NCBI GenBank assembly: GCA_000165345.1
Contig: CM000430.1
Location: forward strand, 352,001-416,000
Direction of reading: 5' to 3'
Length of the DNA: 64,000 nt
Shown: in pieces, positions 43,201 to 54,253 of the stretch
How the letters are laid out: every line of letters begins with the position of its first letter
How positions within the stretch are numbered: position 1 is the stretch's first letter
The notes under the pieces: model-generated
The model's database searches: none
The model's input: the letters and a program-made list of their open reading frames with translations, nothing else
What the model was told of the DNA's origin: nothing
Made by a program: the position numbers and the translations under genes

Positions 43201-43631
43201 CCGATAGTAAAGTATTTTGTTTAGATTTTAAAATAGAAAACCAAATAATTCAGTGTGTTTCATTATTATCATGGCTCTCAAACATAATTATCTCCCCATC
43301 AAAGTCAGCCCATTATTCATCAGAAAGTTCTTCGAATGAAAAGTCAGCATTTTTACCTGTTGCAGAGAGATCTGTTGTTAGAGTTCTATGTATAACTCAG
43401 GATATAATAAATTCCAAACTTGATAGCCGAATTTACCACAATTTAATCATCAATTTTAACATCTTATTAAAACACTCTGCGCACTTTATTATTTCAGTAG
43501 CAAACTCATTTCCGCAACTAAATAAGGCATTAAAAGATACACTATCTGCATTAAAGCAATTTATGAGCGGCCACCCATTATCAAATTCTTCAATTCACCA
43601 CACTATTAATAACATTGATGAGATACTTTAA
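40209..43631 (+). CDS. large hypothetical protein (1140 aa), no recognisable domain
   Basis: Long uninterrupted ATG-start ORF, Ile/Leu/Asn-rich. Confidence 0.45.
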   Translation: MSFHIEQKSLSFELWEYFYNDGDERLISSDCFQQSTENKYSRLVFALVSLLNGKDMKQNYLKDFHLEKSTAELYEICKYDTFSTKNSDDKCIFNLFSKLKQHVGDLNTCFVGINEFESLINFPEINEKYIVYLIFWVVVKFFESIKIVESDREFNQIVTCYLNLAYNIDHLIWDLIVSDYILSLRKKGIIDVNSITIELNDEVESLFFLLVSPYSICPTLCSLFLLLKSKVIRSRFKYINENCFFVSVINQIVKLIANTLKEISPDMAELSFTITVCRMISNISYDFNNELIQQLYLLRDYQKCMIPGLKRINPIFVDRFILYSFISIEQFWIKISKDEGFFSSIINHIPPLELSTSIISLMNPYKEFSKYIVILIVLFSLNNQLSNTGNVSKHAIEIMKKLVENPKEPVEILLKYFLFPDYTRDSSAKSNLYIFFRLLSNNICNSSVSLGIVKSICNLIQIHYFPLSETFLYNYLESFPKLVKLCNVDKETSRFDDEIKLNLLSLMNFEGCILIDEMYWLNSSLVHVLLNEINIEFEHILPFIHSISLSIMNIQSTINNQIFANYGYPINKVKTSQNKSNFKVNELHCQKIIKSSNFLFKTKNIDIIIILILDHISDWIKKNDKCISFEWLLKQSTLFINLNINNEYVQGYFSIFFIYLFSRIIEADKLDRKLITINFHIIPWKGILRWIDSWEGVFLQSVLNPRTWRVIFSEITAIIIPESLIIPSIPNSFSEIQSQYFSLSNVNPFKEKINLWLKDRKSLLESLKSKVTTLGSVKSTLKWLEMFYFEPNMAVYFTLECIFIRESVYVKEQHFQELYFEICSNEAKLREFITNPDTYIKNISNYLSEESSIEIICNISLIMLYFHEVIKHKNPIINHFQSVDFDIFCIIWNKYVNYSRTESQLTSRQISIFFSNIFCRNTNIAQQIVEQGFQYKSLNNRIDFNVYLERTRSFIDRICYITPQILCEHTILPKIANKLDKLLNTRSLIELWGKYNVTDSKVFCLDFKIENQIIQCVSLLSWLSNIIISPSKSAHYSSESSSNEKSAFLPVAERSVVRVLCITQDIINSKLDSRIYHNLIINFNILLKHSAHFIISVANSFPQLNKALKDTLSALKQFMSGHPLSNSSIHHTINNIDEIL

Positions 43632-43831
43632 CAAAAGCGAATGGCGGTAATTTCAGCGCCTACTTTTTCTTAATGGTAATGTGTTGTTAGTTCTTTTTAT
43701 ACTCGATGATTTTGGGCAATGACCAAGCTTATTCTTCATAATTCAAGATTGTGTGCGTTATTTTTAAGATACCAAAATATTCTTTGAAGGTTTTGCTAGT
43801 CTGTGGGTTTTACAAATACAGGAACTTATAA

Positions 43832-44329
43832 ATGAGGAAAAAAAAGAGTTCTTCACATTTAAATAACGAAAACTCCATAGTAGAAAATATTGAACGGCTT
43901 CCTTCTCTTGGGAAGGTTCCCGAGCATGAAGGAGCAATTTTGATGAGTTCAGAAATTTCGAAAAGTATGAAGCGTTCTTCTTCTCAAATCACAGATGAAT
44001 TGGCTATCTCTTCTTTATTAAGTAATGCGAAGTTTACATTATCTGTTATAAAGATTGGTGGTAATACAAAGACCAAATATGAAAAAAATACTCATGGCTT
44101 TATCGTTGTTCATATTTTATCATGTAAAGCAGATTCCCTAATTTATTCACTGGATAACAAATACGAATTTGTAATGTCGAATGGAAGCTATGTGCATATT
44201 CCTCCTAACCATTTCTTCTCCTTCAAAAATTTATCTAATGAGTCTGCAAAGATATCTTTCGTTGTACTTCCAAAGAGAATTAGGGAAGTTGGTAGTGAAC
44301 CTGCATTTCATCGTCCTATTGTTGACTAA
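43832..44329 (+). CDS. small cupin-fold-like protein (165 aa), possibly a CENP-C/Mif2-type C-terminal cupin
   Basis: Basic N-terminus, then a beta-rich segment ...FIVVHILSCKADSLIYSLDNKYEFVMSNGSYVHIPPNHFFSFKNLSNESAKISFVV reminiscent of the CENP-C cupin (weak). Confidence 0.3.
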   Translation: MRKKKSSSHLNNENSIVENIERLPSLGKVPEHEGAILMSSEISKSMKRSSSQITDELAISSLLSNAKFTLSVIKIGGNTKTKYEKNTHGFIVVHILSCKADSLIYSLDNKYEFVMSNGSYVHIPPNHFFSFKNLSNESAKISFVVLPKRIREVGSEPAFHRPIVD

Positions 44330-45246
44330 ATTAAAAATTATATTTTATTGACTTTTTTTTGTTGCTTAGCGAGATTTCATCTGGTAAAATTCTTATTTCA
44401 ATTTGTCAAGAAAAACTATTTACAAAATTCATCAGTTTCAAAATTAAGAATATGCTTGGTTTTTATTGAGTAAAATATTATCCTCTAAAAGTAACTACTC
44501 GATATATTAATTTGTAGCTAAGTTTTAAATAATTTTAACATTTTTCAGAATAATATCTTCATTGGAAATTAGCCATCTCAGCGTAATAGTTAACTTGTTG
44601 CACGAGTAAATTTGAGTTCTTAATGATAATTATTATTTAAAATTCTCTATTTATTGATTATTGGGAATTATTATAACTGGAGTATATTTAGTTATTTTGA
44701 TTAATATTTTTAGAATTAAATTTAGCAGGTCTCAAACTCTTAATTACTATGAAATTTTGCTTTTCTAGCCTGTTATTTCTAATATCTCCGATCGTCCCTT
44801 TATCAAAAGAACAACTATAGTTTATTAATTGAAAATGCGATTAAAAAAAGATATAAATAGACTATTGTACAAGATTTGTTCAATAATCACAATTTTAAAA
44901 ATAATCGATAGATATTCTTTTAAATATTTTATGTATGAATTTTCCGGCTCCACACGATATTCGATATAAAAATGTTTTATGTCAATCAGTGATAGTTAAT
45001 TTGATTGGGGATTAAAGTTTATAGCGATCACTTCATCTCTTAATTATAATATAAAAATTTTAACAGCCTTGTCAAGTATTAAATTTAAAATGCCCCTCTT
45101 TAATCGTGCCACATTTGAAATAATTCGACCAAGCTGAATAAATATTAAAATTTATATATTAGCATAAAAATCAACAATATAGTCTTAAAATTCTATTTAA
45201 TCGCATTTATATCACTTTATCTTTCAAGTTTATGGTAATTCACTAA

Positions 45247-45953
<707 letters not shown>

Positions 45954-46179
45954 AGCAATTTTAACTACTCAAATTATTTAATCAAAATATTATATTCTAC
46001 TAGTTTTGTTATAAATTTCATTTTCTTTTATTTAACTTTTAGTCGGATTAATCATTTGTTTAAGATAGCGCCAATTAAAGTACGACGTGTAATTATTACT
46101 ATTTGTGCCATTAAAGTCGATGCACTTTGAAATAAACTGATTAGATAATTACTATTGTGTTTCTGAAATATGTAAAGAT

Positions 46180-48159
46180 ATGGACAGAAATGGTTGGAGT
46201 GAATATTTGAAGAAGCAAAGACTTCAGGACTTAAAATCCTTAGCAAAACAACTTGGTATTTACATTAAATCCAATACAAAAAAAAGTGATTGTATCGACA
46301 TCATTCTGAATAATTCCCCTGACACTCCTCTAAGTTCCAATAATCTTGATTTTATACTTAAAGAAAAAATATCAAATGATCAACACAATTTTCCTTCTGA
46401 AACATCAATTTTGTCCAATATTAGTGAGTCAACTAATTTAAATAACATTAAAATAAGTGAGTATTTTCATACTGCTTCGGATACTATTTGCGATTCATCT
46501 TGTTCCATGTGCCAAAAAAACCTTTCCGATAGTATAGTTAACTGCGATGCTTGTTACAGACCATTTCACTCTCGCTGTGTAGGTTTTGATATCAAAAGAG
46601 CTGAATTCAATAATAATCATATGATGGTTTTCATGGAAAGTATATCAAAAAAAGATGGCAAAAAATCCAAGGCTAATTTAATTAATTTTATTTGCCCGTT
46701 TTGTAGATTCTTTGTAATCGACCCATATAACAAAATAATCAAGCCACTTTTTTTTACGACTTTTTATTCTTACACAGCAATTCACAATATACATCCAAAG
46801 TATGGAAACATTAACTTTAATAACTCAAGCCATCTTCCTCACTTTACATCTAAGTATTCTTTCTCTCCAAATCTATTTTTGAATAATGATTTAGAATCTA
46901 ATGACCCGGATGCTTTCAATATTATGGTTTATTGTCTAAGACTTGATAGAATGGATCTTAATCATGAGTTCCCAAGAGTCCTATTTATTAAAGCTAATGG
47001 AAAGGTTATTCAAAACATTGAATCTCCGAGCTACGATCATATTAGAAGAGATTGTCCATTATATTTGAAGGATTATTTAGTTAATAATCAATTGATGACA
47101 AAGCAAAATGTCAATATTACGTTTAGCACATTAAATGCACTACTTAAAGACTCAGAAAATGGTGAGTTGTTGCCTATTCCTACGGCACCGTATATAATTG
47201 GCTTGTTTTTAACCAAAACAATAAGTTGCGATAATATTTTGGATACTATACTTTCTGAAGGCACATTATCCATTGAAATTTCAAAAGCTCACTTCAAAAA
47301 TATTTTAGAAAATAAGATCCAATCATCTATATATAACCAATTATATGATGACTCATCAGATGAGATAATCTGCTTGAATAAAGACCAGTATTTAAATACC
47401 TTATGCCCTTTAACTATGGATACCATTGAACTTCCTGGACGTGGCATATTTTGCCATCATATAAACTGTTTTGATATTAAAGCTTTTATTCAAATTAACT
47501 CTACAATTAAGGCATTTAACACCAGATGGAAATGCCCCTTATGTTACCAAATAATTAGACCAGGCATGCTCAAAATAGACAGCTTTGTCAAGATGATTAT
47601 TAAAAACCCCACTATACCCAGAGAAAACAATAAAATTCTGATAAATTCTGAAATTTTTGATCGAATTAAACAAAATGAAGATATACCCAGAGAAATGCTT
47701 TTAAAAACCTCGAATTCAATTAAATACGAGTTTCCAAAGGCCAACTCGTTAAATTCGCCAATTAACGAGCATCTAACTATAATAAAAGAAAAATCTTCTC
47801 AAAATTCAGATTTATCCTTGTCAAACAATATTAAAGATTGTTTTGATTTTCAAAACGAGGTAATTGACATATCTGATGATGATGATGAAAATGAGATGAT
47901 AGATGATCGTTTTATAGTTAACGATGATGAGCTCAATTCTTTGTTCAGCAACTCTGACTACATAGATATAAATAATGGAAATGCGAATTGTTCTGAACAA
48001 AGCAAAGAAACAGTATTTCAAAATTATAGCGAAGACTCAATTCTTCTAGATAATAAAAAAAAAAGAAAAGTTTCAGAGGGCCAATTTCTTAGTCAAAGTT
48101 CTGGAAGGCTAGAAAACACTTCTAATGGTGACAAGACATCGATTTCACTTAGATTATAG
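46180..48159 (+). CDS. SIZ/PIAS-type SUMO E3 ligase (SAP + PHD + SP-RING)
   Basis: SAP (LKKQRLQDLKSLAKQLGIYIK), PHD-like (CSMCQKN...CDACYRPFHSRCVG), SP-RING/MIZ (LCPLTMDTIELPGRGIFCHHINCFD...WKCPLCYQ), acidic tail. Confidence 0.75.
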   Translation: MDRNGWSEYLKKQRLQDLKSLAKQLGIYIKSNTKKSDCIDIILNNSPDTPLSSNNLDFILKEKISNDQHNFPSETSILSNISESTNLNNIKISEYFHTASDTICDSSCSMCQKNLSDSIVNCDACYRPFHSRCVGFDIKRAEFNNNHMMVFMESISKKDGKKSKANLINFICPFCRFFVIDPYNKIIKPLFFTTFYSYTAIHNIHPKYGNINFNNSSHLPHFTSKYSFSPNLFLNNDLESNDPDAFNIMVYCLRLDRMDLNHEFPRVLFIKANGKVIQNIESPSYDHIRRDCPLYLKDYLVNNQLMTKQNVNITFSTLNALLKDSENGELLPIPTAPYIIGLFLTKTISCDNILDTILSEGTLSIEISKAHFKNILENKIQSSIYNQLYDDSSDEIICLNKDQYLNTLCPLTMDTIELPGRGIFCHHINCFDIKAFIQINSTIKAFNTRWKCPLCYQIIRPGMLKIDSFVKMIIKNPTIPRENNKILINSEIFDRIKQNEDIPREMLLKTSNSIKYEFPKANSLNSPINEHLTIIKEKSSQNSDLSLSNNIKDCFDFQNEVIDISDDDDENEMIDDRFIVNDDELNSLFSNSDYIDINNGNANCSEQSKETVFQNYSEDSILLDNKKKRKVSEGQFLSQSSGRLENTSNGDKTSISLRL

Positions 48160-48201
48160 TTTCAAGTTTATAGGCAGTTCTAATATCTATATTAATATAA
48201 A

Positions 48202-50334
48202 CTAATATTTATATAAATAATTCTTGTTAACGTTTTTGTTTTGCTGAGATGTATAAAATGGAGGAGGATGGTGTAACGTATTCACTCCAACTCCAGACGA
48301 AGTACTTTTTCTACCGACCATATCGTTTAACTTAGAATTTGGTTCAATATTAGGTTCATTATAATATGTTATTTTGCTCGTATTGCTCCGATTTTGTTGC
48401 ATTTGTAGATTAATTATGCTAGTTTGATTGGAACCATGGCAATTCAATTTGAATTGGTTTGAAAGTTCTGGATTATTCGAGTATTTTAGATTCGAGGTAT
48501 TTTTACCCAAAAGTGAATTGCTCGACTCTGAGTTCGGAATTAGAGAGTAATCTGGCAGATTGTGCTTGATATTATTGTACATATATGCTCTTGGATAGTA
48601 AACGTGCGAATTTCCACCACAATTTGTACTTACTGAAAATGTGGAGTTGGCATTTTTTATTACTGCGCCTGTTGATATATACTTGGAGTTTTTAGTGCTA
48701 CTATTGGTTGCTTTCGTCGTATTATCATTTGTAGAGCTTAAATTATTTCCTATGAATCCTCCCCCTTTCTTTATTGGGTTGCTATTATTAATTGAGCTAG
48801 AGTAGTACGAAGCTGCAGATCTCATTTGCTGTATGTGTTTCTCATCAACCTTACCATTGGAAAAATTGGAAATGGCTGGGCTATTACCAAAAGAAGTCGT
48901 TTTATTAGTTGCTGAGCCAGAAATAAAGGTATTATATACTTGTGAGAAAAAGTTTCCCAGTATACCTCCTTTTTTCGAGTTATCTGCTGGTGGGTTTTTA
49001 TTAATGGAAGATCTTTTGTTTGATTGTAGTTCACTCTGGAATTTACTATAAATCGGCTCGTTGGACTTATTTGAAGTAATGTTATCGGGATTGCATTCTG
49101 GAGTAGCAAATTCAACAGCTCCAGATACTCTATTAACTCTAGGATTACTCACTGCAGTATTTGGGTTTTGAACATTTTGGTGTTTGTTACTGATCAATTC
49201 TCGTTTGCGTCTTGATATTTCTGAATATACCAAGTTTCTATAGTCATCAATCGAATGCTTAACATTATCGTTTATTGGTATAGTAATTATATGATCACAA
49301 TTTGGTTCTTCATTTGGATTGTGAAAAATTGAAACAAATGGGTGTTTTAATGCATCGTTTGCAGAAATCCTCTTATTTGGATTAAATTGTAGCAATTTAT
49401 CTAATAAGTCCAATGCTTCTTCGTTACAGTCAGCTTTTGGGTTTATTTTTAGTAGTAAATTCTTCCATTTAGTAAATATATCTCTTTTATTTGATTGTCT
49501 TATCTCAACTTTTTCTTTGAGCGACTCTATCATTGTTTTGGCAAAGGGTGATTGGATCGACTCGACATCTTCGTTAGAAGGGAAATCTATCACACCTATG
49601 ATTCTTTCAAGTTGATTCATAGTTGATGAACCTGGAAAAATTGGTTTTCCACACAATATCTCTCCCAAAATACAGCCCAAAGACCACATGTCAATCCCCT
49701 TTGTATACTTAGTTGATCCTAAAAGTATTTCTGGAGCCCTATACCATCTAGTTGCAACATAGTCTGTGAGAATAGGCTGATCATCATCGAAATTTTCAGT
49801 ATTTTCGTTAATACTTAATGGAATATTATTTGTAACACGCCTTATGTTGACAAAGCTTCTAGATAATCCAAAGTCTGCCACTTTTACATGGCATTCAGCA
49901 TTTAGAAGTATATTTGATGGTTTCATATCACGATGTAATAACCCACCACTATGTAAATATTTAATTACCTTAATAAGTTGATAAACTACATATTGTTTAT
50001 GAACAGGCTCCAAAATATTTGCTCTAATGACTGCATGTAGGTCCGTCTCCATATAGTCAAAAACCAAGTAGACATCTCTATCATTGTCTGCTCTTAAGAC
50101 ATTTAGTAAATTTACAATATTCTCGTGACCAGATAGCTCTGTCAATATCATAATCTCTCTAAATGTTCTTTGAGCATCTGTTGAATTTTGAAATGCATCG
50201 AAGATTTTCTTGACTGCAACTACTTCTCCAGTCCTACGATCAATAGATTTCCAAACTATGCCATACGCACCCTTCCCCAACTTTTTTACCAGTTCATATT
50301 TCCTCAATACATGTCTGTCAACTCTATCACACAT
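48202..50334 (-). CDS. MAPK15/ERK7-like MAP kinase (TDY activation loop) with long Asn/Ser-rich C-terminal extension
   Basis: GKGAYGIVWK, HRDMKPSNILL, DFGLSR, LTDYVATRWYRAPEILLGS. ~350 aa kinase domain followed by ~360 aa low-complexity tail. Confidence 0.8.
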   Translation of the reverse strand: MCDRVDRHVLRKYELVKKLGKGAYGIVWKSIDRRTGEVVAVKKIFDAFQNSTDAQRTFREIMILTELSGHENIVNLLNVLRADNDRDVYLVFDYMETDLHAVIRANILEPVHKQYVVYQLIKVIKYLHSGGLLHRDMKPSNILLNAECHVKVADFGLSRSFVNIRRVTNNIPLSINENTENFDDDQPILTDYVATRWYRAPEILLGSTKYTKGIDMWSLGCILGEILCGKPIFPGSSTMNQLERIIGVIDFPSNEDVESIQSPFAKTMIESLKEKVEIRQSNKRDIFTKWKNLLLKINPKADCNEEALDLLDKLLQFNPNKRISANDALKHPFVSIFHNPNEEPNCDHIITIPINDNVKHSIDDYRNLVYSEISRRKRELISNKHQNVQNPNTAVSNPRVNRVSGAVEFATPECNPDNITSNKSNEPIYSKFQSELQSNKRSSINKNPPADNSKKGGILGNFFSQVYNTFISGSATNKTTSFGNSPAISNFSNGKVDEKHIQQMRSAASYYSSSINNSNPIKKGGGFIGNNLSSTNDNTTKATNSSTKNSKYISTGAVIKNANSTFSVSTNCGGNSHVYYPRAYMYNNIKHNLPDYSLIPNSESSNSLLGKNTSNLKYSNNPELSNQFKLNCHGSNQTSIINLQMQQNRSNTSKITYYNEPNIEPNSKLNDMVGRKSTSSGVGVNTLHHPPPFYTSQQNKNVNKNYLYKY

Positions 50335-51169
50335 GTTTTTTTATTTTTCAATTATTTCTTAATGTAATTTTTACCAAAGGAATTCAATTGAGTTAAAAAT
50401 ATGGCAATAACATTTAGTTTAATAATCCAAGCCAATAATAATATCACCTATTCACACAAAAAGGATATCAAGTATTCTTGGAAAGTAATTCATAATAATA
50501 GAATTAACCAAATTTGAGATAACCTTTAAAAATAAACCCAATTTGAGCTTATTCTCTGTACGGATTCATGAAATAATAGTTATTCTCACGCCAGTAATTT
50601 ATGAGAAACTTTGGATTATTCCAAATTATTTAAACTTTGAAATTTGATCAATTTAGTTTGGAATTATTTTGCTTTTTCACGAATGCCTTATTCTAGAATA
50701 TAATAAATTTGTCAACGGCTCACAATAGGGATTCACACGCTCCAGCGCCCATGGTTATACGTAATAATATTATACAAAAATGCATAATTTTTATTTTAGA
50801 TCAAAACAAATCAGTTTTTTCTTACTAGTTTGTGTTAAGACTTGTTTTCTTCAGCTCGTTAAGCATATAAAAGCATGCAATAATAAATTGCCAGACTAAC
50901 TACTTTAACAACCTAACTATGCAATGTAAATATTACCTTTATGAATTTATAACCTAGATATTCCTACAGAATACTAATGACCTATATATATCAATCGTTT
51001 TTTTGGGCTGAAGAGCATAATTTTATCTGCCTCTTTCGAGTTTCCCGAATTTTTTTGCTTTCCTCTAGCGGAAGAACAGGAAAATTCGGAATTCCAGTCG
51101 AACAATTTTTTTCAATCTTCAACTTGTTGAGAACATTGCAAAATGACCATTTTGGGCACTCACAGTTTT

Positions 51170-51484
51170 NGNCANTACATTNAATANATCAACNNTACTT
51201 NNAGNNNNNNANNTNNNGNNANTTTNNCGNNGGAGATNGATTGTNNAGNTAGNANTNANCTNGTTNNNTTAATNNAAANNTCAATTNNGGAATCTGANTN
51301 NTNTTNNNANTANNANTANNNNTAANNGNANAANATTTNNANGNNNTTNNTNGAAGTTNANTANNTAAATCNNCAGNNNTTGAAAATGANTTNNNANNAT
51401 CGCTTNNTNNNTTTNGNNNNTNNTNGCTNGATTTGCAAGCNCNTGAAANNTNNNANNNCNANATANNNNTGCNAATNNGGANAN
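51170..51484. other. block of interspersed ambiguous bases (n), low-quality assembly region
   Basis: n characters interleaved with called bases. Overlaps the 3' end of the minus-strand 990-aa ORF (X residues in translation). Confidence 0.9.
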
Positions 51485-54253
51485 TTTCTGTGGATCCATA
51501 TCTATTGGGCTTTCAAATTCGATTTTTTCACTGTCTTGCGACAAATAATTTATTTCAAATTCACTTTTTATTAACAAGCCTAACATCTCCATAGCTTCAT
51601 CATCTATTTTACTATAGTTATTCAATTGAGAAAATATAACATTTTTAATCACTTCATAAATATAAGGATTGTATGGCACAATAATTTTCAAAAAATTGTT
51701 GTAAATTTGTTCCAAAACAATAAACAAATTGTAAATTGAACCAAAAACTCTTCTTATTCTTTTGCCCGTTTTCTTATTTACAAACTCTCTCTCTTCTATT
51801 AAATTGCCATCTAGATCAGTCCCATCATAAATAAATTTCGACACCTTGTCAACCAGTTTGACTTTATTGAACAAATTCTCCAATGTTGAATATGACCCNA
51901 ATCTGATTCCTAATTCAAAAATAGTTTTACACTGAACTGAAATGTGGCTATTTTCTCTTCTCTTTATGAATACATCTAAAAGCCATACCCAAAATTCAGT
52001 ATTCAAATAATTAATTAATTCATGCTTTTCGTCATAAAGTAATGTTGTTTTAATTATCGTTAATAACGAAACCATATATGCTGTTTNTTTACTGTTTGTA
52101 TCAATCTCAAATTTTGAGATAATAAACTCGCAAAACTTAGTTAAATACGGCTTGATAGCGTTAATAATTTTGGTTTTCAGGCACCCTATGACATTAATGT
52201 TCACAGAAAAAGCAAGATTTATTACTTCTTCCAATATACCGAGAGATCTCAATTTCAATATGTAAATATTTTCGTTTATTATGTTATTAGAATTGTGAAC
52301 TGATAATTCACAAAAAATCTTTAGCATTGATGAATCAATTATTAGATTGTTCAAAAACTGCTTAGACTTTTCTAAAATTTGATAAATTGAGAAATTTTTA
52401 ATCATATCTCCATCATTTGTCGCTAATATCAAACAATTATTGACTTTAGTTCCATAAATTGTGTCATCTTTATTTTTTCCAATAAAATTTGTTTCTCCAT
52501 TCAGTATTTCATTTGAATTAAATCTTTTTCCAGAATTTTCATATTCAAAATTATTGTTCACGCCTATTTTTTTTTGAGAAGTTTTAAAACTTGAATTGTA
52601 CAATTGATTACCTTCTGTTATAGAATGTTCAATATCAACAAACTTGACTGAATTAGAAATTTCACATTCTGCTCCGCACGATAGATTTAGATTTTTGTTC
52701 AAGTCATTCTGAAAATATAAACTTCTTAGATTGTTTAACTCGCTAGAAAATGTGGGCCATTTTATTCCAATGCTAGTCATATTTAAAGGTAACCCAGTAT
52801 GCTCTGGCTTCAAATATTCTACTAATCTAAAAATAACCTCAATTATTCCGGAAGCTACATTTATAATATCGGGCCTAAACTTGAATTCTGGTTTCTCTAC
52901 AAAATCTTCTTGGTTATAACTCATTACATCCAAAAGGGGAGAAAGTAAATTCTGAATAAAGTCCGACTCAATAACCCATTCATATATTATTGGCGAAATC
53001 CCAACTTCTAAAAGATGTTCTTGAATATACGGCTTGTCTGTACTAAATTCGCTAATAAAGTTCACCCGGTTTGATTCCAAATACTCAAAATCCAGTATTG
53101 AGCTTGAATATTCTCCAAATTTTGATTCTTGTTGGCAATTATTCCCAATAATTCCAAAAAACCTTAAAAAAAAATCCTGTATAGAGGAATAATTAATGAA
53201 CGGTATAATTACCAAAGGCCCATTTAATTGAAGAAATATTGAAGTGAATTCTTTTTGATGTTTTGAAAAGCAAATTTCTAATAGTCTGCCTATATAGAAC
53301 GGAGTTTGGTTGCTGTCACAAACAATGGGATTATCCTTAAGCAAATATGAAATTGGATGCTCCTCTACTAAATTGTCACAGTTAGCAATTAAGCTCATAT
53401 TTTTTAAATAGTTTACTATCTTCATGATTAATTTCGGAATTTGTTCCTCTGAAAATATACTGATTATTTCCTTAGAACTCTCCAGTTTAGAACACCTGTT
53501 TGTATTGTTCGATTCTAGATTAAACTCAGGAAAATTCTGCCTTATTAACCAAGCATAATCAACTTCAGAAACGGCTCTCGAAATAGGCAGCAAAAATGAA
53601 CTTGCTTTTTCATTCAAATTGATATTTATAAATGGTTTTTCAGAGAATAATATGTTGTTTGGACTCACACCTAGTAAATAATAATAAAGTATCGATGAAA
53701 TTACATTGTAATTCTGGAAGTCGCACTCAAGTTCCTTTTCATAAAACAAATTACTCACAGGAAGTAAAATATCTATCATTGAATCTATAATAAGGCTTCC
53801 AAATCCTTCAATTAAGAAATTTGAAATGCAATCTTGAAATAGAGTATAAAAATATAATAGATTTTTGTTGCCCCCCCCAGAAGAATAATGAATTTCTGCT
53901 GCATGGTCTTTCAAGATATTCAATATTGATGAAATTATTTTTTTTTTAGTATCAATTTCGATATCAATTTTACTTAAATTTGGCCCATCAGCTACAATTA
54001 ATCGGTGGCTTTCTAATCCGGCATCATGTAAGTTTCTTGTACAAATAGTATTTGTTTGGCTATCCCTTGATGAATAAAAATTTATGGAACTGCCATTTAT
54101 TTTTGAGATGTTTATCTCGTTATGATATATGGAAGCTTCATCCAAATTATTATCGGAGGCATTTAAATTAAGTTCTTCTAAGCTCTGCCTTGATATTATT
54201 CGCATGTTTTCATTAATTTTACGTTTACCTACCATTTCATTATAAAACTCCAT
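51281..54253 (-). CDS. large hypothetical protein (~990 aa), C-terminus unresolved because of ambiguous bases
   Basis: ATG at 54253. Long ORF with no recognisable domain. Confidence 0.4.
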   Translation of the reverse strand: MEFYNEMVGKRKINENMRIISRQSLEELNLNASDNNLDEASIYHNEINISKINGSSINFYSSRDSQTNTICTRNLHDAGLESHRLIVADGPNLSKIDIEIDTKKKIISSILNILKDHAAEIHYSSGGGNKNLLYFYTLFQDCISNFLIEGFGSLIIDSMIDILLPVSNLFYEKELECDFQNYNVISSILYYYLLGVSPNNILFSEKPFININLNEKASSFLLPISRAVSEVDYAWLIRQNFPEFNLESNNTNRCSKLESSKEIISIFSEEQIPKLIMKIVNYLKNMSLIANCDNLVEEHPISYLLKDNPIVCDSNQTPFYIGRLLEICFSKHQKEFTSIFLQLNGPLVIIPFINYSSIQDFFLRFFGIIGNNCQQESKFGEYSSSILDFEYLESNRVNFISEFSTDKPYIQEHLLEVGISPIIYEWVIESDFIQNLLSPLLDVMSYNQEDFVEKPEFKFRPDIINVASGIIEVIFRLVEYLKPEHTGLPLNMTSIGIKWPTFSSELNNLRSLYFQNDLNKNLNLSCGAECEISNSVKFVDIEHSITEGNQLYNSSFKTSQKKIGVNNNFEYENSGKRFNSNEILNGETNFIGKNKDDTIYGTKVNNCLILATNDGDMIKNFSIYQILEKSKQFLNNLIIDSSMLKIFCELSVHNSNNIINENIYILKLRSLGILEEVINLAFSVNINVIGCLKTKIINAIKPYLTKFCEFIISKFEIDTNSKXTAYMVSLLTIIKTTLLYDEKHELINYLNTEFWVWLLDVFIKRRENSHISVQCKTIFELGIRXGSYSTLENLFNKVKLVDKVSKFIYDGTDLDGNLIEEREFVNKKTGKRIRRVFGSIYNLFIVLEQIYNNFLKIIVPYNPYIYEVIKNVIFSQLNNYSKIDDEAMEMLGLLIKSEFEINYLSQDSEKIEFESPIDMDPQKXSXXAXXXXXXXFXXLANXXXXXXXXXAXXXXHFQXLXIXXXNFXXXXXNXXXLXXXXXXXXXRFXN

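Noticed and set aside
51170-51484. n-rich stretch as a biological low-complexity repeat
   Set aside because: These are ambiguity codes interleaved with normal bases, so an assembly artefact.
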